Below are positions 51,918 through 64,000 of a stretch of 64,000 nt of DNA, in pieces. Origin of the DNA: Malacoraja senta (lineage: Eukaryota); the NCBI GenBank assembly GCA_038087875.1, contig CM075996.1, positions 5,520,001-5,584,000 of the forward strand, given 5' to 3'. The translations under genes were made by a program, and so were the position numbers. The notes below the pieces were generated by a model. It saw only the letters and a list, made by a program, of their open reading frames with translations, was not told the origin of the DNA and did no database searches. Positions within the stretch are counted from its first letter, which is position 1. Each line of letters begins with the position of its first letter.

Positions 51918-52680
51918 ATCAGAATCAGAATCAGAATCAAAACCACACTTATTCGCCAAGTATGTTTTGCAACGTACGATGAATTTCACTGGCCAGGTCA
52001 GTCATACAATTAAAAGCATCACTCATAAACACATTTTAACATGAACATCCACCACAGTGACTCCTACACATTCCTCACTGTGATGGAAGACGAAATAAAG
52101 TTCAAGTCCTTTCCCTTAGTTCTTCCTCAGTCGTGAGCCTCGAGCCCCCGTTGACGGGACGATCTTGACTCCCGTAGCTGGCGGCATTTCGGGCCCTCCG
52201 CGTCGAGGCGATCCGCTCCCGCATCGGGGGGGTGTTAGCTCCCCCGAGCTGGGCGATCGAACCTCACGTCAGGGCTGGTCGAACCTTCTGCGGCGTTGGA
52301 GCTCCCGACTCGGCTTCTCCCGAGACTGCGATCCCTTGATGGTAAAGTCCCCGGTGGGAGCGATCCCATGCAAGGGATCAGCTCCGATGTTAAGTCCGCG
52401 CCCCCCGCGGTGGAGCTCACGACAGTCCGAGGAGGCCTCCAGCTCCATCGATGGAAGGCCGCAGAGCGCGCCGGAGAATGTGATCCGAAAAAAAATCACA
52501 TCTCCGGCAAGGTAGGAACTTGAAAAAAAAGTTTCCCCCGATCCCCTCCCCCCTCCCCCACATAAAACAAACCGAAGAACATTCAAGCAATCTTTTAACA
52601 CACTAAAAAATAACAAAAATAATGGAAAAACGAACAGACTGCCGGCAGGGCGGCCATCTCCCCAGCGCCCCTGGTGGTCA
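51918..52680 (-). mobile_element. GC/CpG-rich non-coding retroelement-like insert with (ATTCTG)n tail
   Basis: Minus strand ends catcgtacgttgcaaaacatacttggcgaataagtg...(gattct)n; the same 3' motif occurs at ~38840-38880. Body is CpG-rich with no recognisable ORF. Confidence 0.5.
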
Positions 52681-55474
52681 ATCTGTGCTGTATCTGTAAA
52701 CAAAACTATACCAATACCATCAACCTTCAGCAAACATGGTTAAATTCCAGTGGGCCCGGATACCAGACATCTAATGGATAAGGCAGAAGAATTGAACACT
52801 TCTAATACTCCACTCCTGCTGATAATGGGCAGGGGCGCAGAAAATAAGTTCAAGCGACGACCAAAAGTAAGCGCTCCTTCCTCTAACGGAAGGTCAGCAA
52901 AGGACAATCCATGCACCATTAAAAACTACTGTGCTGTTTTGTGGCTTTGGAGTCCTGCAAGCTTTGCTGTTTTGTTGGAATTCTTTGCATTGCAGTCCCT
53001 TTGGCAGGTGTAAAGGTTTGTTGGTTCTGGCTTTTAGCTCTGAGTTTGCATGGTCATGGCGCAAGTACAAAGCGGAATGCCTCAATAGCAGGAGACTCAT
53101 GGCAAGAGGAGGACACGAGTCTCCCTCCACCGCACTCCCCATCCCGCCGCTCCAGAGCCACTAGCTGCCCTCAACTGCCTTTCATGTGTTTTTTTTAAAT
53201 CAACCTAAAATATTTTTACGGATATGGCTAATAACGGCAGAGTTTAGCAAGGCAGAAGAGGGATGTGCAATGTAGAGCAGTACCACTTTTAACATGGGCG
53301 TTGCTATTAGTGATGCGGAATGGAAGAGACAATGCTGGAGAATGGTTTGACTCAAAGTTCTGCTTCTGCAGCTCGAGTAGATTATGGGGAACAGTTTTTT
53401 GAGAAAAAAGAGAGATGCATTGGCTAACATGTGTAGGAAGCAACTGCAGATGCCGGCTTACACCGAAGATAGACACACCATGCTGGAGTAGCTCAGCCGG
53501 ACAGGCAGCATCTCTGGAGAGAAGGAATGGGTGACACGAAAAGCCACCCCATTCCTTCTATCCAGTGATGCTGCCAGTCCCGCTGAGTTACTCCAGCATT
53601 TTGTGTCTGTCTGCATTGACTAACAGGTTGAGAACTGCCCCGTTGCATGGAGATTGTGCTTATATATACACTTGTAAACCTCCAGCTCCAAGATTTACCC
53701 TGAAGGTACTTGTCTTTTTAAGACATGGTTCTGCTGTTCCAACTTGTTGTTGTGAGTCACCAGTTTCAGCCATCCTCTGTTTTTATGTGTATTAGTTGTT
53801 AATCTAGCAGCTCAGCCGGGTTCTTGCTTTTACAAGTTCCTGATCACATTTCCGTGCATGACTTTGCACTGTGCTTCTGGCTCTGTGCAATGTCTTGTAG
53901 GAGTGTTGCTGAATTTGTTGTACCACCCACATTGTGTCTGCTTTCCGGGTGGATCTGAGGGTATGGCGTGGAAGATGGCACCAGAGTGCGGCAACTCATT
54001 GCAGGCTGGTCCTCCATCATCCGATACTACCTCTCCACTCTTCCAGCGGTAAATAAACCTATCTGCACAATCTGTTCTTTGCTTCCATGATCAGCCATGA
54101 TCATATTGAATGGCGGTGCAGGCTCGAAGGGCCGAATGGCCTACTCCTGCACTTATTTTCTATGTTTCTATGTTTCTATACCTTGTTTCTATGGTTTCTA
54201 TACCTGTTGTACTTGGCGTTTGGGCTTGGTTGTCTTCATTAACAGTATGATAGACAAAAATGCTGGGGAAACTCAGCGGGTGAGGCAGCATCTATGGAGA
54301 GAAGGAATATGTGACGTTTCGGGTCGAGACCCTTCTTCATTTAAAGTATGATCTGATTTGAATGGATAGCCAGCAGCAAATGAAAGTTTTCCATAAAGCC
54401 CAGTAAACGTGATGATAATTTAATCTAAGCTTAAAACCTAAACAATTCCATTACTTCATTCCCAGCAGAGCAAGGGAGTTTGAAATCAACTAGACCAGGG
54501 GAGTAGAAACGAGGAGTTGCAGATGCTGGTTTACCAAGGAAAGACAGTATTGGAGTAACTCAGCGAGTCAGGCAGCATCCCTGAAGTACGTGGATAGGTG
54601 ACGTTTCAGGTCAGACCCCTTCTTCAGACTGAGTTCCGGTTTTCCCGACCAACGTTTCTTTCTTCAGTGGACACGACAAATGAGTTATCTTGACTGTTAC
54701 TACCAGTTTTGCTGTCCATGTATTGATTTTCAACAGCAACTGCATTCCAGTAAAAAATGAAGATAAAATTGCTGAGACCACTCAGTCACTTGTAGGTCCA
54801 GAACATCCGTGGAAAGAGGAAATGGAGTTAATAGTTGTGATCCAAGACATCATGTCAAAGGGTCTCAGTCTGGAACGGTTTCCATAGAAGTTTAGTTTAG
54901 AGATACAGGACGGAGACAGGCCCTTGAGCCCACCAAGTCCGCACCGACCTGCGATCCCGTACATTAACACTATCGTGCACGCACGGGACAATTTACATTT
55001 AAACCAAGCCAATTAACCTGCAAACGTGCACGTCTTTGGGGAGCGTGGGAGGAAACCGAAAATCTCGGAGAAAACCCACGCGGTCACGGGGAGAAGGTAC
55101 AAGCTCCGTAAAGACAGCACCCGTAGTCGGGATGGAAGCCGGGTCTCTGGTGCTGTAAGGCAGCATCTTTGCTGCTGCACCACCGTGCAGTGTCTGGACG
55201 TTCCTTGCATTTCACCATTGTTTTTTGTCTCAGATTTTCAGCGTCTGCAGCACTTTCTGATTGGTTCTTTTAAAAAAGAAAAAAGGATAAAGCGGATTAG
55301 GACATGCGAGGTTGTGAAATGGCCCGTAAATGTAAAGTCCATTCATTCTTCCTCTTTCTCGGTTCCAAGTTTTCTAATTTTGGGTGAAGCATTAATCAAC
55401 CTAATTACCTCCAAGCAGGAAAGGAAGATCCCGTGTGTGTTCTCTTAGTCTCAAACCAGCAACTTGTATGATAG

Positions 55475-55971
55475 TAACCATATAACCATATAACCATACA
55501 GCACGGAAACAGGCCACCTCGGCCCTTCAAGTCCGTGCCCAACACTTTTTTTTATTTTTTATTATATTTTTATTTACTTCCCCCTATCCCATCTACCTGC
55601 ACTCAGACATAACCCTCCATTCCTTTCCCGTCCATATACCCATCCAATCTATTTTTAAAGGATAAAATCGAACCTGCCTCCACCACTTCCACTGGAAGCT
55701 CATTTAACACAGCTACCACTCTCTGAGTAAAGAAGTTCCCCCTAATGTTACCCTAAACTTCTGTCCCTTAATTCTCAAGTCATGTCCCCTTGTTTGAATC
55801 TTCCCTACTCTCAATGGGAAAAGCTTATCCACATCAACTCTGTCTAACCCGCTCATCATTTTAAAGACCTCTATCAAGTCCCCTCTTAACCTTCTGCGCT
55901 CCAAAGAATAAAGACCTAACTTGTTCAACCTTTCTCTGTAACTTAGTTGCTGAAACCCAGGCAACATTCTA
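55475..55971 (-). mobile_element. CR1 3' fragment (different subfamily)
   Basis: MLPGFQQLSYRERLNKLGLYSLERRRLRGDLIEVFK. Confidence 0.88.
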
Positions 55972-57614
55972 GTGGGTGGAATGGTGGAATAGTGGGTGGA
56001 ATTCTACCATGGTGGAATTGCTAAACACATGCGTTCGTTCTGGGTTTGTGTGTACATTGGAGAACAGCTAGCTCTGTAAAAGGATCCTGTTATTCAAGGT
56101 CAAGCAATATAACAATTCTGAGGAAGGGTCCCACCCAAACATCACCTATCCATGACCCCCAGAGATGCTGCCTGCCCCGTTGAGTTACTCCAGCAGGGAA
56201 ACTAGGAACTGCAGATGCTGGTTTGCAAAAAGAGACACAACGCGCTGGAGTAACTCGGTGGGTCAGGCTGCATCTCTGGAGAACATGAATAGGTGATGTT
56301 TCTTCAGACTGAAGAAAAGCCCTGACCTGAAATGTCACTTATCCATGTTCTCCAGAGATGTTGCCTGACTCTCTGGAGATCACCCATATAGCACCTGACA
56401 AACAGAGATGTTACTCCAACATTTGTGTCTTTTTATTGTAAACCAGCATCTGCAAATCCTTGCAGCTACAAACTATGTTATGTGTTTGTCAGGTGTTATA
56501 TGGGTGCTTGAGGACTTAGCGTTGGATCTGTTGTTACAATAAATCATTTTCTGAAAACTTAATGACATCTGTGGTTGTTCTCCCATAAAAAGTCCTTTTG
56601 AAATAAAAGATCCCATGTTAAAATCCCCTCTAATGGTGATATTTAAAAAAATTCAAAATTGGAGACAAAATTCACAGCCAACTTTGATGAAAGTACCACA
56701 TACTTAAGTAGATATTGCAAACAGCACACACCAGGGAAACAAAACAAACAGGGACACTGTAGGTTCTTTCTTGTCCCCATCCAACCCAATGCAAACTGAA
56801 ATTTCCATTTGGGGAAGTGCAAGCTGTAAGTCAGCACAGTACGATGGCCCTATTTTTCTCCGATCTACGTCCCAGTTGAATAGTTTTCTACCCATGCTAG
56901 CAGATATGTACCAACAGCCTCTATCGCCTCTAACTCCTCTATCTGGCACTTTTTCACAGCTCTCTGATAGTCTTCTGCTAGGGGTGTACGGTAGGCCTAA
57001 ACCAATGAAGCTATTAATTTCAAACTGCTGCCGTTGCAATCTAAATGACAAAGGACAGCAGTGTTTTGTTAGAAACAAGGAGCTGCAGATGCTGGGTTTA
57101 CAATAGAAAAACAACACATTCTCATTGGGTCAGACAGCATCTCTGGCGAGCATGGGTAGGTGATGTTTCGGGTCGGGACTTTTTCTACTGATGTCTGGAG
57201 AAGGGTCCAGACCTGAAACGTCACCTATCCGTGTTCTCCAGAGAGGTTGCCTGACCCGCTGTTTTTTTTCTCTTAAGCAGTGTTTTGGACTGTTCTGGCT
57301 GAGCACTTCAGACTGAAACATCCTTGAGCATTCCCAAAGGTCTACGCATCTTGATTCCAGAGTTCCTGCAACAGTCGGACAAAAAGGAGCTCCTGATCCC
57401 ACAGTTGGGATTGTGTCACAATGCAAATTTTAGGGCAACATGGTACTCCCTTAGCACTTGCCCTCCCTCCACTCTTTACATTCAAGTGGTCTGTCAATTC
57501 TGGTGCACTTGGTGGGGGGGGGGGTTATAACTGATGATTGGGGTACGAGAGAGAGATGTGGCTTGGCCCGGAATTGTTCCAGACTGGCTGTGGTGCTTGG
57601 GTAAACAAAGTGTT

Positions 57615-58008
57615 CAATAGACAATACATGCAGGAGTAGGCCATTCGGCCCTTCGAGCCAGCACCGCCATTCAATGCGATCATGGCTGATCATCCCCAAT
57701 CAGTACCCCGTTCCTGCCTTCTCCCGATATCCCCTGACTCCGCTATCTTTAAGAGCCCTATCTAGCTCTCTCTTGAAAGCATCCAGAGAACCGGCCTCCA
57801 CTGCCCTCTGAGGCAGAGAATTCCACAGACTCACCACTCTCTGTGAGAAAAAGTGTTTCCTCATATCCGTTCTAAATGGCTTACCCCTTATTCTTAAATT
57901 GTGGCCCCTGGTTCTGGACTCCCCCAACATCGGGAACATGTTTCCTGCCTGTAGCGTGTCCAAGCCCTTAACAATCTTATATGTTTCGATGAGATCCCCT
58001 CTCATCCT
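57615..58008 (-). mobile_element. CR1 3' fragment
   Basis: RMRGDLIETYKIVKGLD...REKAGTGY. Confidence 0.9.
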
Positions 58009-59846
58009 TTGTAGGACAAAATTGTAGTGGGTGGGGGGGGCATGATGTGTCGTCAAATACCACTTACATCCTAAATGCAGAAGTTCATCTAATCAGAATA
58101 TATTGTGACAGACATATCATGCAAGAAATGCTACTTGGGCAAACGTGTTGCAATGAACCACTTGTCCTTTGTCCAGCTTGCAACCACAGAGCAGAAGATA
58201 AGGTGAAATCTCCCCAGCTTGGCGATGCAAATAAATGATGTGCACGCAGGCCCTTGTGCACCATGGGTTAAAGCAAGCGCCTGGGCAGGGAATTATTTCA
58301 TGCTAGTTGAGTAGAGCACCCATTTATATCCTTCCTTCGAATCAGCAAGTCTGGAAAAGTTTCACAAACTGTGTCGTACGTGTGGATGATAAGGGAGATA
58401 AATGTTATAAAATATAAACATTAAATATAATATAACATAATAACTTGCATTCGGGTTGCATGTTGATCTAATTGTGCTCAAGGTGGTAATGAGTTAATAA
58501 CAGAACAAATGTGTCCATATTCTTCAATATTCGATATTCTTCAATTTACCAAAAGCTTAGGATAGGTTTGGAGGGCTAAGGGCCAAACGCAGGCAGGTGG
58601 GATTAGATGGAGATGGAGCATATTGGTCGGCGTGGGCAAGTTGGCCGAAGGGCCTGTTTCCACGCTCGATGACTCTGTGTTCCCTTGGAAAATGTTCTGC
58701 GAAATGATATTTTAGAAATCAGAAAACTAATTTCATTATAAAAGGATTTTGATGCAGTGTGCTTCTGTGGGCAGAGAGCGATGCGCCATTTGTGAGAGCA
58801 GGAATACATTTGTGTAATTAGTCTTGTCGTGACGCCTGTATGGTCGTGAGTAGTCGCCCAAAGAGCCGTACCTTTTCTGGTCGCCGCTGGATTTTCAACA
58901 TTTTGAAAATGTTCAGCGACCTGCTGTGACTATGACGGGTGCCGGCAAGACGCCGAAAAACTCGACTTAAAGGATTGCCTCTTTGCCTCCTGAAACGAAG
59001 TATCGATGTCTGGACACCATTGCAAGCAACACAACAAATGTTGAAGATCGGTGTATGTTGACTTAATTGAAGCCCTGACGAGTCTTTGAGGCATAATAGT
59101 CCACCTTTGGAGTAACAATTTTGGACTTGGAGGAAGATATAGACACGAAAAGCTCAGCGGGTCAGGCAGCATCTCTGGAGAAAAGAAATAGGTGACGTTT
59201 CAAGTTGAGACCCTTCATCAGACTTCAAGTAGGAGGATAGACACAAAAACTGGAGTAACTCAGCGGGACAGGCAGCATCACTGGAGACATATTTTTATTC
59301 TTTTGACTTCTCATGTCTTGGTCCTTTATATGGACGTCGAAAATGCTGCCCAATCTTGGGTTTGCAGCTTTTGCTGGAAACTTATGTCTCTTTTTTCAAT
59401 CTAATATCAATAGTTTGTTAGCTATAGTTGGGTCACTTTACCTTTTGTGTTCTTGTGCCAGAAAGGAATGTTTCATGAGCCAGTTCTGGCATTCGTTCAT
59501 AAAGTGTTAACCTGTTTCAAGTCATTTAATAAAACACCCTGATCTATCACGGCCAACTCACCCCTTATAGTTTTAAATGTCCCCTTTTTATACATTGGAC
59601 CCTAACTTTGGATTGAATTACTTTACCTTCCATCCAAAAGTATTTTTCAATGTTATGGTCACTCTTCCCTCAAGAATCCCGTACAACAAGATTATAATTA
59701 ACTCTTTCTCATTGAACAGAACTGAATTTAGGCTGCTCCCTTGTTTTATTTGCAATGCTAAACCTCTACTGGGAATGTCCCAGTGGCTCAGTCTTCCTCG
59801 AAGCTACGTCAGGGGGGAACTGTCCTGCTGAGAGGCGCCCCACTCT

Positions 59847-60623
59847 CAATAGACAATAGGTGCAGGAGTAGGCCGTTCGGCCCTTCGAGCCAGCACCGCC
59901 ATTCAATGTGATCATGGCTGATCATCCCCAATCAGTACCACAATCAGTTCCTGCCTTCTCCCCATATCCCCTGACTCCACTATCTTTAAGAGCCCTATCT
60001 AGCTCTCTCCCTTCCCCTCTCTATCTCAGTCCAACGGCACTGTAGAATCTCAATGCCACCCACGACATAGCAGCCACTTGGTTTGATCTCATCTGCCATC
60101 CTAACTGTTAATTATCTCCATCATCCATGACATTCTTGCTATTGAGGGAGTGCAGCGTAGGTTTACAAGGGACTGTCATACGCTGAGAGAATGGAGCAAC
60201 TGGGCTTGTACACTCTGGAGTTTAGAAGGATGAGAGGGCATCTCATTGAAACATATAAGATTGTTAAGGGCTTGGACACACTAGAGGCAGGAAACATGTT
60301 CCCGATGTTGGGAGAGTCCAGAACCAGGGGCCACAGTTTAAGAATAAGGAGTAAGCCATTTAGAACAGAGACAGGAAACACTTGTTCTCACAGAGAGTGG
60401 TGAGTCTGTGGAATTCCCTGCCTCAGAGGGCAGTGGAGACAGGTTCTCTGGATGCTTTCAGGAGAGGGCTAGATGGGGCTCTTAAAAATAACGGAGTCAG
60501 GGGATATGGGAGAAGGCAGGAACGGGGCACTGATTGGGAATGATCAGCCATGATCACATTGAATGGCGGTGCTGGCTCGAACAGCCAAATGGCCTACTCC
60601 TGTACCTATTGTCTGTGTCTATT
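59847..60623. mobile_element. Two oppositely oriented CR1 3' fragments (59847-60008 minus; 60129-60623 plus)
   Basis: MEQLGLYTLEFRRMRGHLIETYK on plus; CR1 tail on minus. Confidence 0.85.
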
Positions 60624-62074
60624 GTAATATGGTTACAGTGTGTAACACCGACAAAATTCATCGCAACTAATTGTCCATGTACCTCTCACCTCACCTTGCA
60701 CCTCTCAACAGGACCTGTGTGCATGCTAAACGATCAAATGCAGCAAGCGCAGGAGAGTACCGTGTGTCCTGTGACAGAACCTCCCTCCGTTTACTCTCCA
60801 TACCCCTTGCAATAAGGCCAATGTTGCATCAGCCTTCCTTGGAGTTACTGCATATTATCTCTTGCGTTTTGAGTATCAGAACCCGAGCACCGATCCATTT
60901 TTACCACAATATTTGGCGCTTTCGTTCCATTTAAATAATGTTGTGCTTTTTCTCTCATAAGTGGGAAGGCCATTTTTTTCCCCGTCGCTAATCCAGTGCA
61001 GACTTGCGTTTAGTTTTGAGATATTGCGTGGTTGGTAACGGGCCTCATCGGGTCCACGCTGACCAGAGATCACCCATGCATTATTTCTATACTACACACT
61101 AGGGACAAATTACAAAAGCCAATTAACCTCCAAAACCTGCATGTTTTTAGAATGTGGGAGGAGACTGGAGCACCCGGAGAAACCCACGTGGTCTGGATCG
61201 AACCTGGGTCTCTGGCACTCTACTGCTGCACCACTATGCTGCCCGATTGTGATTGCCATATGAAATCTGGCTGTAAAGTTGGGGGTGGTTTAAAGGAAAG
61301 ACTTATAGGAGGGGGGGGCGTGGGAGGACACGGGGGTGGGGGTGGGAGAGGGGCTATTGCTGCATAGCGTGGAAATCAGGGGATTGAATTGGGAGCATAT
61401 ACTGCAGACTCTGAATTCCATTGACATAAATACACAGGAGGAAGAATATTACGGTAGCATATCGTGTACAAGCCAAATGGTGATGAAATTCCAGAACAAC
61501 TTTGACCTTATTTTATACCAGTTAAAACTAAAGTATGCACTTGAAGGGAGTTAAATGCACAGAAGGGGAGGGCAATACTTTGAAATCTCTTCCAGGCTTG
61601 CGCTTTTGCAGAAGTTGAGATGATGTTGAAAGTTCAAGTTTAGGATTTCACGTTTGAACCTGTAAATTGTATAAAAACAGCAGCAAGTTCGTAAACCACC
61701 TTGCAGTAGAAAATGTGAAAGATGCTCACGAAGAATCAGCAGTTTGTAATTGAAGATTTAATGGCGAAGGCTTCTAATGTAGGCAGAGGGTAGTGCAGCT
61801 GACAGAGTTTGCCGTCTCATAGCTTGGTTTAATTCTGATCTCTGGTGGTGTCTTTGAGGACTTTGCACATCCTTCCTGTGACCACATAACTTTCCACTGA
61901 ACGCTCTGGTTTCCTCCCACATCCCAAGAAAGCATTAGCTGTTAGGTTAATAATCCCTCATTCAAAGTTGGGAAGTCGTTGATCATGAATCCCAAGATGC
62001 TGGGGGTCTCTGACCGCTTGAGGCGAAGTGTGCTTTTGCATACCGTGTTAAGATGCCGCAAGGCTTTACATAGT

Positions 62075-62458
62075 AGAAACATAGAAAACAGGTGCAGGAG
62101 GAGGCCATTCGGTCCTTCGAGCCAGCACCGCCATTTCATTGTGATCATGGCTGATCGTCCCCAATAATAACCCGTGCCTGCCTTCACCCCATATCCCTTG
62201 ACTCCACTAGCCCCTAGAGCGCTAACTAAACTCTCTCTTAAATCCATCCAGTGATTTGGCCTCCACTGCCCTCTGTGGCAGGGAATTCCACAAATTCACA
62301 ACTCTCTGGGTGAAAACGTTTTTTCTCACCTTAGTCTTAAATGGCCTCCCCTTTATTCTAAGACTGTGGCCCCTGGTTCTGGGTTCTGTCAACATTGGGA
62401 ACATTTTTCCTGCATCTAGGCTTGTCCAGTCCATTTATACTTTTATATGTTTCTACAA
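62075..62458 (-). mobile_element. CR1 3' fragment
   Basis: LDAGKMFPM...RGHSLRIKGRPFKT...NLWNSLPQRAVEAKSLDGFKRE. Confidence 0.88.
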
Positions 62459-64000
62459 GACCTTTGCATTAAATGCTATACCACTCATCATGCATCTGTA
62501 CACTGTAAATGGCTCGATTGTAATCATGTATTGTCTTTCCGCCGACTGGTCAGCACGCAACAAAAGCTTTTCACTGTACCTCTGTACACGTGACAGTAAA
62601 CTGAACTGCATAAGATCACTATAAAAAGTGTGGGTAAAATTAACAATGTATTGCCAGCAAAAGATGAACTATACATGGACCATTGTGGTCTCCTTGGCCA
62701 TCGGTGCCGGCTATGATTTGCTCTGCACCTTTTCATACCTCTAGTTCCCCACTGCCTTGACTCTCGGACTGAAGACCCGAAACGCCACCTTTTTCTTTTC
62801 TCCAGAGATGCTGCCTGACTCGCTGAGTTAACCCAGCATTTTGTATCTATTTTGAGAGTGGTGATTCTGGCTAGAAGAATTCAAATTTATTACAATCAAA
62901 TTGAGACAGAAGATGAAAGAAGTGACCAACAGGACTAGAGCAAAGGTACACAAAAATGCTGGAGAAACTCAGCGGGTGCAGCAGCATCTATGGAGCGAAG
63001 GAAATGGGTAACGTTTCGGGCCGAAACCCTTCTTCAGGACTAGAGCAAAACTAGGTGACTCAAAGGAACTAGGGTAAACAGCAGAGAAATATTTAAAGGT
63101 AGACAAGATTGGCTGGAGAAACTCAGCGGGTGCGGCAGCATCTATGGAGCGAAGGAATTAGGCAACATTTTGGGCCGAAACCCTTCTTCAGAAGTCTGAA
63201 CTTGCCTATTCCTTCGCTCCATAGATGCTGCCGCACCCGCTGAGTTTCTCCAGCATTTTTGTCTACCTTCGATTCTCCAGCATCTGCAGTTCCTTCTTGA
63301 ACAGAGAGATATTTACGCAAGATGTTAGCTTGAGTAAAATGTTGTTTCTTGTTTCAGCAGAAGATGAAGCCAAGTATAGGGGCAAAATTAAAAGGTGAAA
63401 AACTCAAATTATTGAAGCCAGAATATTTGAAACCAAAAGTAGAGGATTGGATGTGGGGGAGTACTGATCGCTCTACCAGTGTTTAAGAGTAGTTTACATC
63501 CATGGTTCTGTAAAATGCTGCAGAAGTCTGAGTTAAAGTGAGAAGCAGAAGTCTGGTCATGCCGAGTAGCATGTTCTCACTTCGATGTCATGGAAGAATT
63601 CTTTAAGTGGGGACCAATGGCCGTCATTGCTGGACCAGGTTACCGCCTGATTCTGTGCTGCGCAGTTATTACCCAGGTGCTGCCCAAGGACGCGTCAGCA
63701 CGTACGTGGATCGGAAGGGTTTGGAGGGATTAGGGGCCGAATTCGAGTTTAAATGGGACTCACTCAGATGGGACATCTTGGTCGGCATGGATGAGTTGGG
63801 TCGAACGGCCTGTTTCCGAGCTGTATGCCTCTTTGACTCCATGTCGCAGTCCCACAAGAAAGCCAGTTGTGCTATGAAATAGGACAGTGATCAGGTTTCT
63901 GGACCCAGTGTTGGGCGAGTCCAGAACCAGGGGCCACAGTCTGAGAATAAAGGGGAGGCCATTTAAGACTGAGGTGAGAAAAAACGTTTTCACCCACAGA

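Noticed and set aside
52662..52678. CTCF site (cagcgcccctggtgg)
   Set aside because: One C short of the core GCGCCCCCTGGTGG and located at a repeat end.

Overview
Repeat-rich vertebrate genomic DNA. The CR1/HER1-type LINEs and HE1-type tRNA SINEs point to a cartilaginous fish, probably a skate or ray (inference). The window is mostly intronic sequence of a myocardin-related transcription factor gene, best match MRTFA/MKL1. Its N-terminal coding exon lies on the minus strand (17524-17732) and the phase-compatible 66-nt RPEL1 exon lies on the plus strand (46814-46879). A 200-N gap (40565-40764) separates them, which most likely means a mis-oriented contig. Candidate extra exons are a 120-nt in-frame cassette, a 5'UTR exon and an internal alternative first exon. 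The most striking non-coding signals are two kinds of putative ribozyme-carrying retroelements. The first is a ~140-bp TSD-flanked, (GAA)n-tailed element in 3 copies whose first 54 nt fold into a minimal HDV/CPEB3-like ribozyme. The second is dozens of Penelope terminal-repeat units carrying a minimal hammerhead core. Also present are CR1, Rex1/Babar-like, Tx1-like and RTE-derived elements, Harbinger-like MITEs and several mini/microsatellites. Repeat boundaries were read by eye and are approximate unless a TSD is quoted. No database searches were run.
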